Assembly: GCF_964204645.1 (NCBI RefSeq)
Contig: NC_134032.1
Span: 2,042,416-2,106,415, forward strand
Direction of reading: 5' to 3'
DNA: 64,000 bases
DNA from: Tubulanus polymorphus
Lineage: Eukaryota; Animalia; Nemertea
Shown here piece by piece: positions 35,796 to 48,731 of the stretch. A program made the position numbers and the translations under genes. How positions within the stretch are numbered: position 1 is the stretch's first letter; each line of letters opens with the position of its first letter. The notes under the pieces are model-generated. The model searched no databases, had not been told where the DNA came from, and worked only from the letters and a program-made list of their open reading frames with translations.

Positions 35796-36893
35796 TTATG
35801 TAGATTCGCTGCTGTTATTGATTTCGGTGACCGCATTTTCCTGAAACAATCTGCGCTGTCTGTTTGACCGGCGGAACAATTTAAATATCGCCGCTCTGTA
35901 TTCCGGTAATTTCCATGCGTAAATACACGGATTTATCGCCGAGTTGATCACGCTCAGCGGCAACGTCAGCCGTTTGGCGTTCGAATGGACGACGACGGTC
36001 GGCTGTGACGTCACCATTTCGTCGTAAATCGTAATCGAGCAAAGTGGTAGCCAGCACACCGCAAATAATCCCACCAACAAACACATGTTCTTCGTAAGAT
36101 GTATCTCCTTTTCGAACGCGGCGAATAGTCGTTTCGGGCGCGTGGTTTTTGATTTATTATCGCCCGTTTGTCCAGCGTTAGCCGGCGGCGTCGTCTTGCC
36201 TTGATCGTCGGTGACCGGAAGATCCGGCATTTCCACGAATTGCGTCGATTTCCAATCGCGGATTTTTTGCCAAGCGACCGTCGCGATCCAGCCGTAGCAA
36301 ACCGCCTGCACGATCACCCCTAGTATCGGCTGGAACGCGATCACCAGTAAATGTTCCCTGATCAGAAAATCGTGCGCGTAGCATTTCCGCTGTGGCGAAA
36401 ATACGTTCCAGAAAATCGCCGGAATCGTCTGCAACAACGACGTCAGCCACGTGACCGACGTGATCGCCAAACAGCGCTTGCGCGTCATGATCAGGTGATA
36501 GTGTAACGGATCGTAGATACAAACCACTCGGTCGCACACGATACACAACAAACAAAACACCGAATTCAACATTGAAATCAGCATCAACAATATTCGAAAG
36601 ACGCATAGATTTTTCACGTATAACAATTCGGGTCGGGCTAAAGTCGCTATCTCCATCGCTAGGGAAAGACCGATTCCTAAATCAGCCACGGCCAGGCTAA
36701 AACTGAAATAATTCGCCGGCCGAACTTTCAAAATTTCGTATTTCAAAGCGCACACGATAACGATGAAATTGCCGCTTAACGTTATCACCATGGTTATGCC
36801 GTTGAGTACGATACATAGTATGTCGATGACGTTGAGGCCGGTAACGCCTGAAAGTTGGTCCCGCGTAACGGAAGAGTTGAATCCGGCAGCCAT
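35796..36893 (-). CDS. Intronless class A GPCR, adenosine-receptor/GPR119-like
   Basis: 365 aa; GN, SLAVADL, CDRVVCIYDPLHY, CWLP, NSAINPCIYAWK. Possible 5'UTR intron 37082-37595. Confidence 0.92.
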   Translation of the reverse strand: MAAGFNSSVTRDQLSGVTGLNVIDILCIVLNGITMVITLSGNFIVIVCALKYEILKVRPANYFSFSLAVADLGIGLSLAMEIATLARPELLYVKNLCVFRILLMLISMLNSVFCLLCIVCDRVVCIYDPLHYHLIMTRKRCLAITSVTWLTSLLQTIPAIFWNVFSPQRKCYAHDFLIREHLLVIAFQPILGVIVQAVCYGWIATVAWQKIRDWKSTQFVEMPDLPVTDDQGKTTPPANAGQTGDNKSKTTRPKRLFAAFEKEIHLTKNMCLLVGLFAVCWLPLCSITIYDEMVTSQPTVVVHSNAKRLTLPLSVINSAINPCIYAWKLPEYRAAIFKLFRRSNRQRRLFQENAVTEINNSSEST

Positions 36894-37208
36894 TACGGCA
36901 TTAACCGTGTGTTGATCCCGGCGGTATCTATCTCACACTGTTTGAATTACACTGTCGTCCGATATTCCGTCTATGTTTGTTGATAAACACACGCGACAAG
37001 CTTTCTACATTTCACGTAGTTTCATGTTTCGATTTGCCTCTAGTAAGCTTCTTGCTACGAAAACGACACGCGGAGCATTCCCTGAAATAAAGAAAACTTC
37101 ATATTCAAGATCGACCCTTTTCATAAGAAAGTGTTCCTTTTTACGGCTTAAAAGTGCTCTTTGTTTCTTGAAATAGCGCGGTCCCTCAAAAAGCTTGGCA
37201 CGGACCTG

Positions 37209-37488
37209 AGCCCAATTTCACAAAAAAAGTTGAACTCAAATTTTTGTTGTAATTGCTAATAGTTCCTTCATGTATTCAATGAGGACAAAAATTTCAAACC
37301 TAATAACCATAGAAGCGATAACACCAAAAACCTCATTTAAGTAAATACAGTTTATTAACATGAACGTTTTCGGGATCATGTCCCCTCATCGGGTGAAATA
37401 CAAAGTGAATCTATGGTTATTCGGATACTTGAACTTCAATTTCAAACCTAACCGCTTTAGGCTTAAACTTTTTTTGCGAAACTGGGCC
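37209..37488. mobile_element. PIF/Harbinger-like MITE
   Basis: AGCCCAATTTCACAAAAAAA ... TTTTTTTGCGAAACTGGGCC, CTG on both sides; partial relative at about 50323-50440. Confidence 0.65.
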
Positions 37489-40400
37489 CTGAGAACCTGC
37501 GTATAAATGTCATAGGATTTATAAAAACAGCCGTTCTTCATATTAGATTTAAATTTTAAAAGTAATGGTATCAGTTCATCATAAGGTCCACTTACCGTGT
37601 TGCGCGCAGAGTCTTATACTTATCAAATCCGATAGATGGTCCACAGACGTCGTTCGGGTGCTGGAATTACATCGATCAATCAAATCGGATATTTGGAGAA
37701 TCGTCCGCGCTCGCTCCGGTTTGAACGTCGGTCGTCTGACGCCGCGTGTTTCAGAAACCGGTGGTCAAACGTAACCGGACGTCGGGGAATGAATCCGAGA
37801 TCCGGCGAAAGAAGCCATAATTACTTAATGTAGCGTATAAGTTCAGCGATCCACGTCAATGCGATTCCTACTGGCAGGAACTTGAAAACGATCCAGAGCT
37901 TGTTTCGGGTTAGATCTATCGCTCGTAAATAGTTCCACGGGGACTCGCGGCTCACCGGACAATCTGTGAAGCTATGAGGTATAAAAGTCGAAGCATTTTT
38001 GCTGAAAATTAACCAACAATAGTTTCTACGAGTGGATTATAAGTTTAAGTAAGTGCGTCTCGAATGCAAACTTCTCATATAGACCGCTACAAATAAGGCA
38101 ACCATTTAAAAACGATTAAGATTGAATGTCCTGACATGAAGAGAATTTGTTTAAAGTTAATAGGATTTCTATATAAGGTGTTACGGTTGGTCACCACTTT
38201 GAACGTGACGGAATTCAAATTTCTGACCTACATTGACCCGCAACAGACGAACATTGACCCGCTACGAACACTTAACCAGGATTCATTAAGTGTTAAGATT
38301 ATAGTTTTTGAGGGGATGCGTGCTACGTCATCAAGCTATTGGGGTTAGACTGGTTGCCGGTCAATTCAATTCAATTATTGATATATCCAAATCTTAATTA
38401 TTGATCCTTGATATTAGATGTGTATATCATTTAATATCATCTTTTTTATCGTCGACAATATTAAGCAATTTGTGTGTTGTTTTTCAAGGCGTCGATTGAA
38501 CTTTGAATGAAGTTTTCTTGTTATCAATTACCACGCAGCCCTTGCCGCAAACGTCATAAGAATGGCCATTCGAACGCCGGTGTCAGTTATCTGGCATTTG
38601 GACAGCCGATGTCTAGATCATTCTAAAAATTCCACTAACTTTGACAAGGGTTTTCTGAGGATATTTCGCAAAATGAAATTGTAGAAAAAATAATGTTCTT
38701 TTCGTTATCTTCGGGTATCTTATAGCGCATTTCAATTTCAAACTCACTCGCAGGATTTCATATTCAGTTCATAGCTGCCACCTTATTGTCAGCGGTATAT
38801 CGCTGAATCGCGACCACGATTTAGTTCAGTGGTTCACTCCTATAGTACACACAGTATACGGAGCGCCGTGAACTGGACACTCTCGTGACTGGGTGAACCG
38901 GTGCCCTAGACATTTCTAGTATAGCTATTAAATGCACCGCTCCATTGGCCACATATACGGAACATACTAAACCTAGGAGTACAGACTCTCGGTGGTTGTA
39001 CGGCTGTCGGAGTTGTTACAGTAGGATACATTTAGTATTTGTAAGTTGAAATCATATCTCACCAGTTAAAGTTGCACAAGTCGCGCATTCATCAATGAAT
39101 TGTCCAATTGTTATTTAAATGTGCCTTAAAAAAGCTGAATTTCTTTGATCATAGACACAGTAAATGCTAGGTGTACTGGACTGGATTAAGCCGAACTGGC
39201 TCCTCCTAAATTCCTCGCATAATCTATTGGTTTTGCTTAAATTGCGGATATAGAACGTGGTTCTCGGGGTCACTCGGTGGCCCAACTTGTTTTCAATCAT
39301 CCAGTTGAAATTAAAGTTTTTATTTCCTTTTCAGATGACGCCTGTTCGCGCAATTCCTCGGCACCTGATCGCTGCCAGTATTTGCTGAATAAACCAAAAA
39401 ATCAGACAGAAGACTCGACGTCATCTTCCGAAATCGTCCACGAAGCTCCACGCGTCACACGAATCGCGGTTAGTAGATATTCCAACTCTCTCCCGAATGA
39501 CAAACGTCGATTAGTTCGGATTTAAGCGGAAATGCATTCAACCGTTTGTTAAAAAATTCTGGATATTATATCAAACTTCAATAGGTGTTAAGTATAATTT
39601 GATATCCGATTGCTTTTTCAGGGAATAATCTTCTCGTTCAGAATCTGATCGCTTACAACTATACGTGGCGACTACATCGGCAAATACAATTTCCAGATTC
39701 GAGACCTTTCTCGCTTCATCGGGACCTGATTGCATCAAATGTGAGCTGATTAAAACAACCCGGTCGCTCGGATAGATAACTCTAGCTGAGAGTGGCTGAC
39801 TTTGTCTTAACTTTGAATTACATCTCGTGGAAAAAATAATCTTAAAAGCTGCTAACATAAGTCGGTGAGTACAAATTTTGAACTTTTTTGTTGTTTAGGA
39901 AACTTTGTTTAATATGTTCGGTTTATGCTTAGTTAAACAGATGGACCCTCGCTGTCGAAAACTCAAATACGCTCGACTCAAACTTAACTCGATTGTGACC
40001 AGCGATTTGTGTTTAAGTCCGAATTAACGGAGTTAAGCGATGGCGATTTGATTGATACATGTATGGCTCGAGTCCGATCCGTGCCAATTTGGCCCGGGTG
40101 ATCGCGGCTTATAGTTAATGTTAGCTGCCTATAGCTGTGGTGATGTGTATATTTTACTGACCGCTGTTCAGACAAACACAGATAGGAAATACCGTAAAAT
40201 TATCTGATATTTGAAATATCAATATGTCTCGATATTTTAACTACATCTTTCGAAGCTATTGATAATGAAAAAATCGTTTTTCACTATTGACTATTTAGGA
40301 ATAAGGTATGATCTTCTCGTTTGACAACAACAGAAACCGCACGCGTATTTCAATCGCGGATTTCATTCAGCGCATATATTCCGCAGCCCGTGTCACTTTT

Positions 40401-40810
40401 CTATCCGTCGCGGAGATAGACCTCTGATAAATTCACCGCTTCAATGGCCGCGTATAACGGGACGTACTAATCCTAATCGTGTCACCTGATTCCTAGTCGT
40501 AGTGTAGTTGTACGAGCGGTCTGTAGCTGTTGGAACGCGACAACCGGAGGCCCCTCATCGCTTCCGTAGATTCCGCATACGATACAATAACGTTTATATA
40601 TTCGTGTAAGTTAAAATACTACATTTAACCAGTTTAATCTTTACATTTACACGTCGCAAATTCATTTTCAGTATTGTCCGACTGTTATTTACACGTATCG
40701 TAAAAAAAGCTGGATTTCATCATTAATCACTATATACATTACTATCATATCATCATTTTCAATTACTAATATTATTACTTAATTGATTACTATCACTACA
40801 TATATATTGC

Positions 40811-41019
40811 GGTGCGATTATTCTTGAATCGCACCAGCAAGATTCAAGAATAGGGGACTAGTGGTTAGGATTAGGGTTAGGGTTAGGTTTAGTTCCCTAA
40901 TCATCATTAATTACTATATACATTACTATCATATCATCATTATCAATTACTAATATTATTACTTAATTGATTACTATCACTACATATATATTGCTATAGT
41001 CCCCTATTCTTGAATCTTA
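40811..41019. mobile_element. Helentron-associated (HINE)-like element with TTAGGG-like tract
   Basis: Hairpin GGTGCGATT..AATCGCACC, inverted repeat AAGATTCAAGAATAGGGGACTA / TAGTCCCCTATTCTTGAATCTT, internal GGTTAGGATTAGGGTTAGGGTTAGG. Confidence 0.45.
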
Positions 41020-41790
41020 CCATGCTCGATACACTTTCCGACTTAATCGGCTCGACGATTTTACCTAAATATATCTATGTATTAAGGCTCGGCAAAGTTC
41101 CATCTCTCGCGTCTAAGATGCATTATACCAGCAGCGGTTTCATTTCAGTTTCAGTGTTTGTTTTTTTAAATGAATTAATTTCTGACCAGTTATTTAGGTT
41201 TGAGTTTATGCGATAACTGCGAATTTAGCTGATATTCTTCTATTGTTACAATGGATGTATGATTTGAGTTCAAATTTGAAAAAGATATAATTCGGCTGTT
41301 AAATCATTCGATTTAAGGAGCGAGTCAAGTATCGCTTAAATAGTTTTTGCTTTGAATGGTAGATTACCTTACGTAAATACATAGTAATCATTTTTGAGAA
41401 ATTTTAGCTGTTATGAGTGATGGATTACTGAAATATTAAAACCCTTTCGCTACGTGGTATACGGTCACCGTCGACCCGCATTTTCATAGGGAATATTCAT
41501 AATACCCATGCGCCATCTATCGCAAAACCTTCGAAGTACTAACACAGTCAAACAGTCGTTTCTAAATATATTTAGCGGATCAATATTGATAAATATATTT
41601 CTCTAATTGCACGGACTATCTTGCACAAACAAAAAAGCCATAATCTTTCCATCAAAAGGAATTTTACCGTCAAATTCTCAGATAATCACCAGCACATACT
41701 GCAGGACAGAAAAGCAGGCTTTGTTTAGCGATTGGTAGGATATCCGAAATTCGCGCACCTGTTATTAATAATTTTGATGGCCACCACCCG

Positions 41791-42352
41791 GGGCCCGGTT
41801 TCGCGAACGTGAATTAAGCCTCTATTTCGGGTTAGTTTGCTTTTTTTCGAATCGAAAGTTTTAGGTTAATTTTCGATGCCCGCTTCACAAACGCGAATCA
41901 ACTTTAATTTGAAATCCATCGGAGCGGGATTAAATCGGCTAATTCGAAATGGGGCTACTGCACGACTGGAACAACTACGAAACTCAAGTTGGTCGACGAT
42001 ACCAATTATAATGAAGATATCTATTTTATTAGACCTAGGACTTTTTAGACTTTATTGATAATATAATTGAAGAAAACAACATTCAAAGAAAATGCGAAAT
42101 GATCAAATTCAATTTCTCCGTACGACCAAAAGCTCCTACGATACTTAGGATTTAGGCGTTTATGAATGAAACTTTGTTCATGTTAGGACTACTGCATTAT
42201 GGGAAGCTAATTCGGAAATAACTTCGGAGATAATTCCAATTAGTGAATTTTTCGCTAATTCGCGTTTGTGAAACCGATTTGATCATCGAATTAACCAATT
42301 CGATTTAAACATTTTTAATTAAAAGATAATTCCCGTTCGCGAAACCGTGCCC
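41791..42352. mobile_element. PIF/Harbinger-like MITE
   Basis: GGGCCCGGTTTCGCGAAC ... GTTCGCGAAACCGTGCCC termini. Confidence 0.65.
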
Positions 42353-44311
42353 TGGGCAAGAATCATTTAAAATGAAATATCTGAAGTATCTAATCAGTCA
42401 ACAACGATTAACCGGGTTGAAACGAACGGTATTTTCTGGTCACGGGCGAAGTTCGGGTTTGACTATTTCACGGAATGGCTTGTTATCGTAATAACGCGAG
42501 TTTCAGGTTCGGAGATCGTGACTTCTACAAAGGGTGGTTCTTAGAAAACGCGACAGATGTCGCCTTCGCTGATTTACACTTGTCGTATAGAGTTTTCTCT
42601 GTAGACACGGAGGAGGTTAGCTCGGCGGGCACAGGACGGCGCTCCGGCCCGCCGGCCAATTCATGTTGAGGCCAAAATGAAACCGCGTTTTTCATCACTT
42701 TCAAATTGAAAATATGCCCGAACCCTAGTCAAATAAGAAACATATCGTCTATTTTTACGATACAACCTTTTTAAAGACCATACAATTAATAAACACCTGC
42801 CGGCGAATGAATTTACACAAGGGACCTGCGCATGCGCGGTAATGAAACCCACGGCTATTGGATGATCCCAATCTTAGTTGTCGATCGAAAATGGCGGCTT
42901 TTTGAAGGGAAAACCAAAGGTAAATCTAAATGAAATTAATATCCTCGATACGTGTGCTGAGGAACGCGGAATACATTTTTGGTCTTAGCAACTGACTTTT
43001 TATTGACGGGTTTTCGGACTTCGCAACCAACAGATGTCTCAACCTCGTTCACCAGACCGACCGCCTCATCACTCGTAGTCAACCTGGCTTAAGTCATTAT
43101 CAGATGAGTCATAACACTATTTCACGTATTTACACAGGGTTTCCAGCAGTCCTGCCATGACGTTTTAGAAAAAATTTGGATAAACATCACCTTCGTCCTA
43201 CTATTTGACTCTAAGTCCTTCTTGATGATAAAAAAGTCCTTCCAAATTAAATTTTTATGTATTTTTTGCGCATAATGTTGTCGCGAACCCGACGGTTAAA
43301 GAATTTATTAGTAAGGCCGGTTAATCCAATTGTCAGTAAGATTGAATATACAGAAAAGTGTTATGGAATTACCCTGGTCTACACGACTAGTATGCCGGTG
43401 AAGGCATTGCTAAAATGGGCCCCCATTTTACTGGAAAGTACTTCTTTCCGAGTGCAAAAGTCCCTCATTTTGGGTCTAAAATTGCCAAAAAGTCCTTCTG
43501 AGTACTTCTTTTTACCCTGGCCTTACCACTAGAATCCCTGTACAATTCACTGGTTTAAAACAAAACTTCCATTCGATTAGTGATCATCTAAATGTTTCTC
43601 GGAACACTTAAGCGAGGTTGACTATCGTTCCCAGCGACCAGTTAGCTACTGCAAGAAGATGGAGATTATTCCCAGAAGAAATGATGGCATTGATGAAATA
43701 GATTCAAACGAACTTTGTGAGATTTTGAATAAATTATCCGTGGAAACAATTTCGTTTTGTGTCGGTTTGTCATATTAATGAAAGCTGCGACAAGTGTAAA
43801 TCGGAGTCAACTTCATTCAAACGATTCTTGCTCGGTCACATGTGCAAAATCAGTACAATACATTGAAGTCAAGTATTGACACAGTTGAATATCAGTTTGT
43901 CAACTTCGGTTTTAAACTAATTGTAAAAAGGACACTTGTTAAGTTGTTGAGAACCACCCGATTGAGCTAGAATGCGGTTAAGGACGCTTCGCTCATCTGC
44001 TGGCGCCGAGTTCGAATTTCTTTGTCGTTTTATCTGTAGGTAGGTGAATTCGTTTTGTGTAGGTTTCAGTCATATGAAATAGTCAAACCCGTGAGTTTTG
44101 CAGTAACGAGGGTCCATTATTGCGGGTATCAATCTGTATCCTGGAATCAACACTTGAAATGTCTTATAGTGATCAGTCAGCTGATCGAATTCTTAATAAA
44201 TGTCTGGCGTCCAGTTCATTTCTTATTTTGATTTCTAATCTAATTTCTGGTATGAAGTCTTAACGATCGAAAATTGAAATTAATGGCGATAAAGTGTCAA
44301 GTGTAAGAGGG

Positions 44312-44702
44312 GTAGCAGGGTCCAGGCTGCAGTTTGAGTGTAGCAGGGTCCAGGTTGCAGTTTGAGTGTAGCAGGGTCCAGGTTGCAGTTTGAGTGTAGC
44401 AGGGTCCAGGCTGCAGTTTGAGTGTAGCAGGGTCCAGGCTGCAGTTTGAGTGTAGCAGGGTCCAGGTTGCAGTTTGAGTGTAGCAGGGTCCAGGCTGCAG
44501 TTTGAGTGTAGCAGGGTCCAGGCTGCAGTTTGAGGGGTAGCAGGGTCCAGGCTGCAGTTTGAGTGTAGCAGGGTCCAGGCTGCAGTTTGAGTGTAGCAGG
44601 GTCCAGGTTGCAGTTTGAGTGTAGCAGGGTCCAGGCTGCAGTTTGAGTGTAGCAGGGTCCAGGCTGCAGTTTGAGTGTAGCAGGGTCCAGGCTGCAGTTT
44701 GA
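44312..44702. repeat. 28-bp minisatellite x14
   Basis: Unit GTAGCAGGGTCCAGG(C/T)TGCAGTTTGAGT. Confidence 0.95.
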
Positions 44703-45290
44703 TGCCAGCATTAATTCATAAAACGGTTTAGAATCGATTTAATCTACGTTGTCTTTAGTGATCATTATATATAATACTGATCGCTATAGCGACTATGATG
44801 TCTGAATCCTATCAATTACAACCAACTGTTCATCATAGTTCGTTTTGGCAAATTCTCTCACTTTCGTTGTTCCTCAAAATTAGCTACCAACCCAAATTAA
44901 GCGATACAAACTTCTGAAATCTGATTGGTTCAGCTCGCTCTTGATTCGGCCGCATCCTTTTAGTTTTTCAATGACATTCGTTCAAATCCAATATATCCAT
45001 AATTAATCAATTGCAACAGATGATTTTATTACAAACAATTCAATTTATTAGAATTCGAATGTTTATTTCATAAACACAATATTTACAAAATCTATCATGT
45101 ATTAAGAAAACCTTGCACATGTTCATGAATCCTCGATCTCCTGACATCATCATCAGTGCCCTACAAAAATTAAAAATTGAAAAACTAAAATCACGATGAT
45201 GCTGAAACTGTGCATTAAACGTTGGTGTGTGACTGGTGGGAATTCCCCCATCTGTTGTTGCAGCTGAACCCTAGCGGCGGATTAAGAAGA

Positions 45291-45813
45291 GACGCAGGAG
45301 GATTCCGACGGCAGAGGGCGCTGCCTATTACGAGAAAAAAGGCCGGCAGACGGCGCTGGCTGTTTCGTGCTTACTCATGCGTGACGAAAACGCCGTCACG
45401 CATGAGTAACCACAAACAAAATCGACCGGCACCGGGGTATTTCGTGTTCACTCAAGCGTGACGAGTTTTGGAAGTTTTTTCACTCAAAACTCGTCACGCT
45501 TGAGTGAACACGAAATACCCCCGGTACAGGTCGATTTTTTTTTTGTGCTTACTCATGCGTGACGAAAAAAGAAAAAAAGTCGACCGGTACAGGGGTATTT
45601 CGTGTTCACTCAAGCGTGACGAGTTTTGAGTGAAAAAACTTCCAAAATCGTCACGCTTGAGTGAACACGAAATACCCCTGCCCCGGTCGACTTTTTTTGT
45701 GTTTACTCATGCGTGACTTTTCGTCACGCACGAGTAAGCACGAAACAGCCAGCGCCCTCTGCCTTTTTTCTCGTAATAGGCAGCGCCCTCTGCCGTCGGA
45801 ATCCTCCTGCGTC
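45291..45813. mobile_element. Foldback element: ~520-bp palindrome built from smaller palindromes
   Basis: GACGCAGGAGGATTCCGACGGCAGAGGGCGCTGCC at the left and its exact reverse complement at the right; no clear TSD. Confidence 0.7.
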
Positions 45814-46635
45814 ACGAAACAACCAGCACCACCCCTCTGTCGACGCGCCTTCCTACACACCTAAAAGTCAATCAAAACCACGATAAGAGTATCCTTCCAT
45901 AGTTTTAAAACGATGATGCTTTTTGTTTTGTAGGGTGCCGTAGTTAGTAGTAAGAGGTGAAGAGGTTGAACTGGTTAGGGTTATGAAAATAAAGTTTTTG
46001 TGCAATATATGTATATGAATTATCAATTTATGCAATTTAGGTCTGGTTTAGGAACTTTCCATGGAAATCCGAAAAGGATGTGTTTCCCTATAACAGAAAA
46101 CGCGAGCCTAGTTCAAGGGAATTCAAAATGGTTATTGATGACGACATTATTTTGAAATTGAATCTTCTTTCGATGGCACAACTTTACAATAAGTAAAAGT
46201 AGATAAGATGACTCTAAAATGATGTCAATAGACCGACCGAACTTTTTTGTAATAAATCATATAATTTCCAGAATAATTACGCGTATTATCTTGAAATTTA
46301 TGTCTGGGTCAATTGCCAGTAAATGGATGTTATGGATGTTCTAAATCGATCGAATGTGGGGTTCGAACCTACGGTGACAAGCCCGGAAAGGCGGTTATGA
46401 CAGATAGCATTTAGACACGTCTTCAATTTTGTACAATACACGATACCGTAATAGAAGTGGTCAGCAATAAAAAGTAACCACTTACGCAACAAGTGACCGC
46501 TGAAGTCAGCGTGTAATAATTATTGATTCTAAACAGTAACCGACTGAATGTAGGCGTCAATCTGCTGCCGGAACCACGACAATCGATTTCGACAATCATT
46601 CTGATTGAATGTCCAGGGACACCTCGAGGCTAGCT

Positions 46636-47397
46636 TATGTCGACAAATGACTCGACGCCTACCGACGCAACATAAGCCGGCTTGTGACGGCAACCCGACG
46701 CCTACCGACTCGCCGCAAGCCGTATCCGGCTAGTTGCCCATGTTCGACTCCGGCCTACGGAAGGCGGACACTCGATCGCAACCGACATAAGCTCATCTGC
46801 GACGTGACACGTAACTTTAGCACAGGAATTCCAACCAATCAGACACCGAATATACAAAATTATGCAAATCAGTAAAAATTGGGTCAAAAACTTTCAAATT
46901 CAAATCAAAGGTAAGCAAAACAGCCTTGTAGATCACTGCACAGGTCAGAAGATCTCGAGACGAAATTGGTAGAATTATGGTCAAAAATTAAGTTAAAAAC
47001 TTTAAAATTCAGATTCAGTTTCAATGGTAAACAAACCAACTTCAGTAATGCTAGAATTATGGTTCCGATACATGCCTGCTTTCTTAAGTTGGCTGTTCCA
47101 TGGCATGAGCGTAAGTCAAATCGAAATTGAAATTTATCTCTAAATGAAATACATATTTATTCGCAATAATTCAGATCTATTCGCAAAATGCCCATCATTT
47201 GACGATTTAAAATCGTTCGAGTTGCCAGTAATCGTAACCGACATAAGCAGGGAAGCAACTAGGAGGATCTCGTATCCCGATAGTCGGCCTCAGTTGCTGC
47301 GAATCGGAGCGCAGTCGACATAAGCAGGGCTGCGATCGCGGTTGGTCTCAGTTGCGTCGGTAGGAGTCGGTAGGCGTCGCGTTGCTTGTCGACATAA
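46636..47397. mobile_element. Non-autonomous DNA element with TTATGTCGACAA termini and CGACGC/CGACAT subterminal repeats
   Basis: Inverted termini TTATGTCGACAA / TTGTCGACATAA; ACGCCTACCGAC mirrored at both ends. Confidence 0.65.
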
Positions 47398-48144
47398 GGC
47401 CAAAATAATGATACCTTGTTTCTCATTTACGGTGGAAAAATGTATGCCCAAAAGTGATCCAGCAGGCAGCATTTTATTTTTATTTTTTCCATAAAGAAAG
47501 TGTATGAAATTTGATATTTTTCCACCAGGAATAATAAGTACAGGATATGGTTTTTTCAGAAATTCTCACTGTTCGTCAAATACCATTCTAATAGGCCTGT
47601 AGGTTTAGTTTGATTGCCAGATGGAGCATTCCCATATTGCTGTTTTTCCCAATTTGCGAGGGCGCGTCAATTATTCAACCATTTTTAGCCAGAACGGAAA
47701 CAATAAGCAAGAGACTCTGCCTGGTTTAGCTGCCAAACCTTGAATCATAACTTGCCGTTCTAATGGTGTTTCTGTGATATTCTATAGAATAAGCTTTAGT
47801 TGATTCAAGAAACGCCATTAGAACGGGAAGTTATGATTCAATCACGTGAGAATACTAATTAAGTGCTATGAATTAAGAATATAAATTAAATGAAAATATA
47901 TTTTCTAAATCCAAGACAAGAATCATTATCATCAGCATGAACGAAATATAAATTACCTTCCCTACAAACTTCATGTACCCATGTTTACCAGTCGATGGTA
48001 CGGGACAACGGCTAGATACTAGACCTCCCGACCTCACGCTATTCGGCGTCTGACTTTAAACAATTATTTATTTTTACGATTTTTACCGTCAATTTATCTG
48101 ACCCGGCCGGGGAATGAGAAACTAGGTATAATTTTTTTTCTGCC
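47398..48144. mobile_element. Longer relative of the 220-bp MITE inserted at the end of another element
   Basis: GGCCAAAATAATGATACCTTGTTTCTCAT...ATGAGAAACTAGGTATAATTTTTTTTCTGCC with TAA on both sides. Confidence 0.65.
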
Positions 48145-48207
48145 TAAGCCAGGATTTATACGTGCCACGTGTTTCCAGGATGATCCAGTTCGGCAGTTAT
48201 GAGGTAA

Positions 48208-48731
48208 GGCTAAAAAATTTGATACCTTGTTTCTCCGCTCTGCTGAACTTAAAACTTGACCCGGCCGGCCGCCTATCTACCCTGTACATTACTTTTTTTT
48301 AAATCGTGATCAATTTTACCATAACAGACCCGGCCGCTATAGAAATGAACTGATTATAAATTTTATCATATTTTGCAAAAATGACCCGGCCGCTGCGGAG
48401 AAACAAGTTATCATTTTTGTTAGCCTTACGCCAGAATCTGTACATTACTCTTTTTTTTAAATCGCGATCAATTTTACCATAACAGACCCGGCCGCTATAG
48501 AAATGAACTGATTATAAATTTTATCATATTTTACAAAAATGACCCGGCCGCTGCGGAGAAACAAGTTATCATTTTTGTTAGCCTTACGCCAGAATCTGTA
48601 CATTACTCTTTTTTTAAATCGCGATCAATTTTACCATAACAGACCCGGTCGCTATAGAAATGAACTGTTAACATATTTTACAAAAATGACCCGGCCGCTG
48701 CGGAGAAACAAGGTATCATTTTTGTTTAGCC
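48208..48731. mobile_element. Copy of the 220-bp MITE with its internal part tandemly triplicated
   Basis: TAA TSD; the segment CTGTACATTACT...TTTTTGTTAGCC occurs three times. Confidence 0.8.

Noticed and set aside
40863-40890. Telomere or interstitial telomere
   Set aside because: Only about four imperfect units inside an inverted-repeat element.
43135-43540. hAT-like MITE with CAGGG...CCCTG ends
   Set aside because: Termini match only weakly and no TSD was found.
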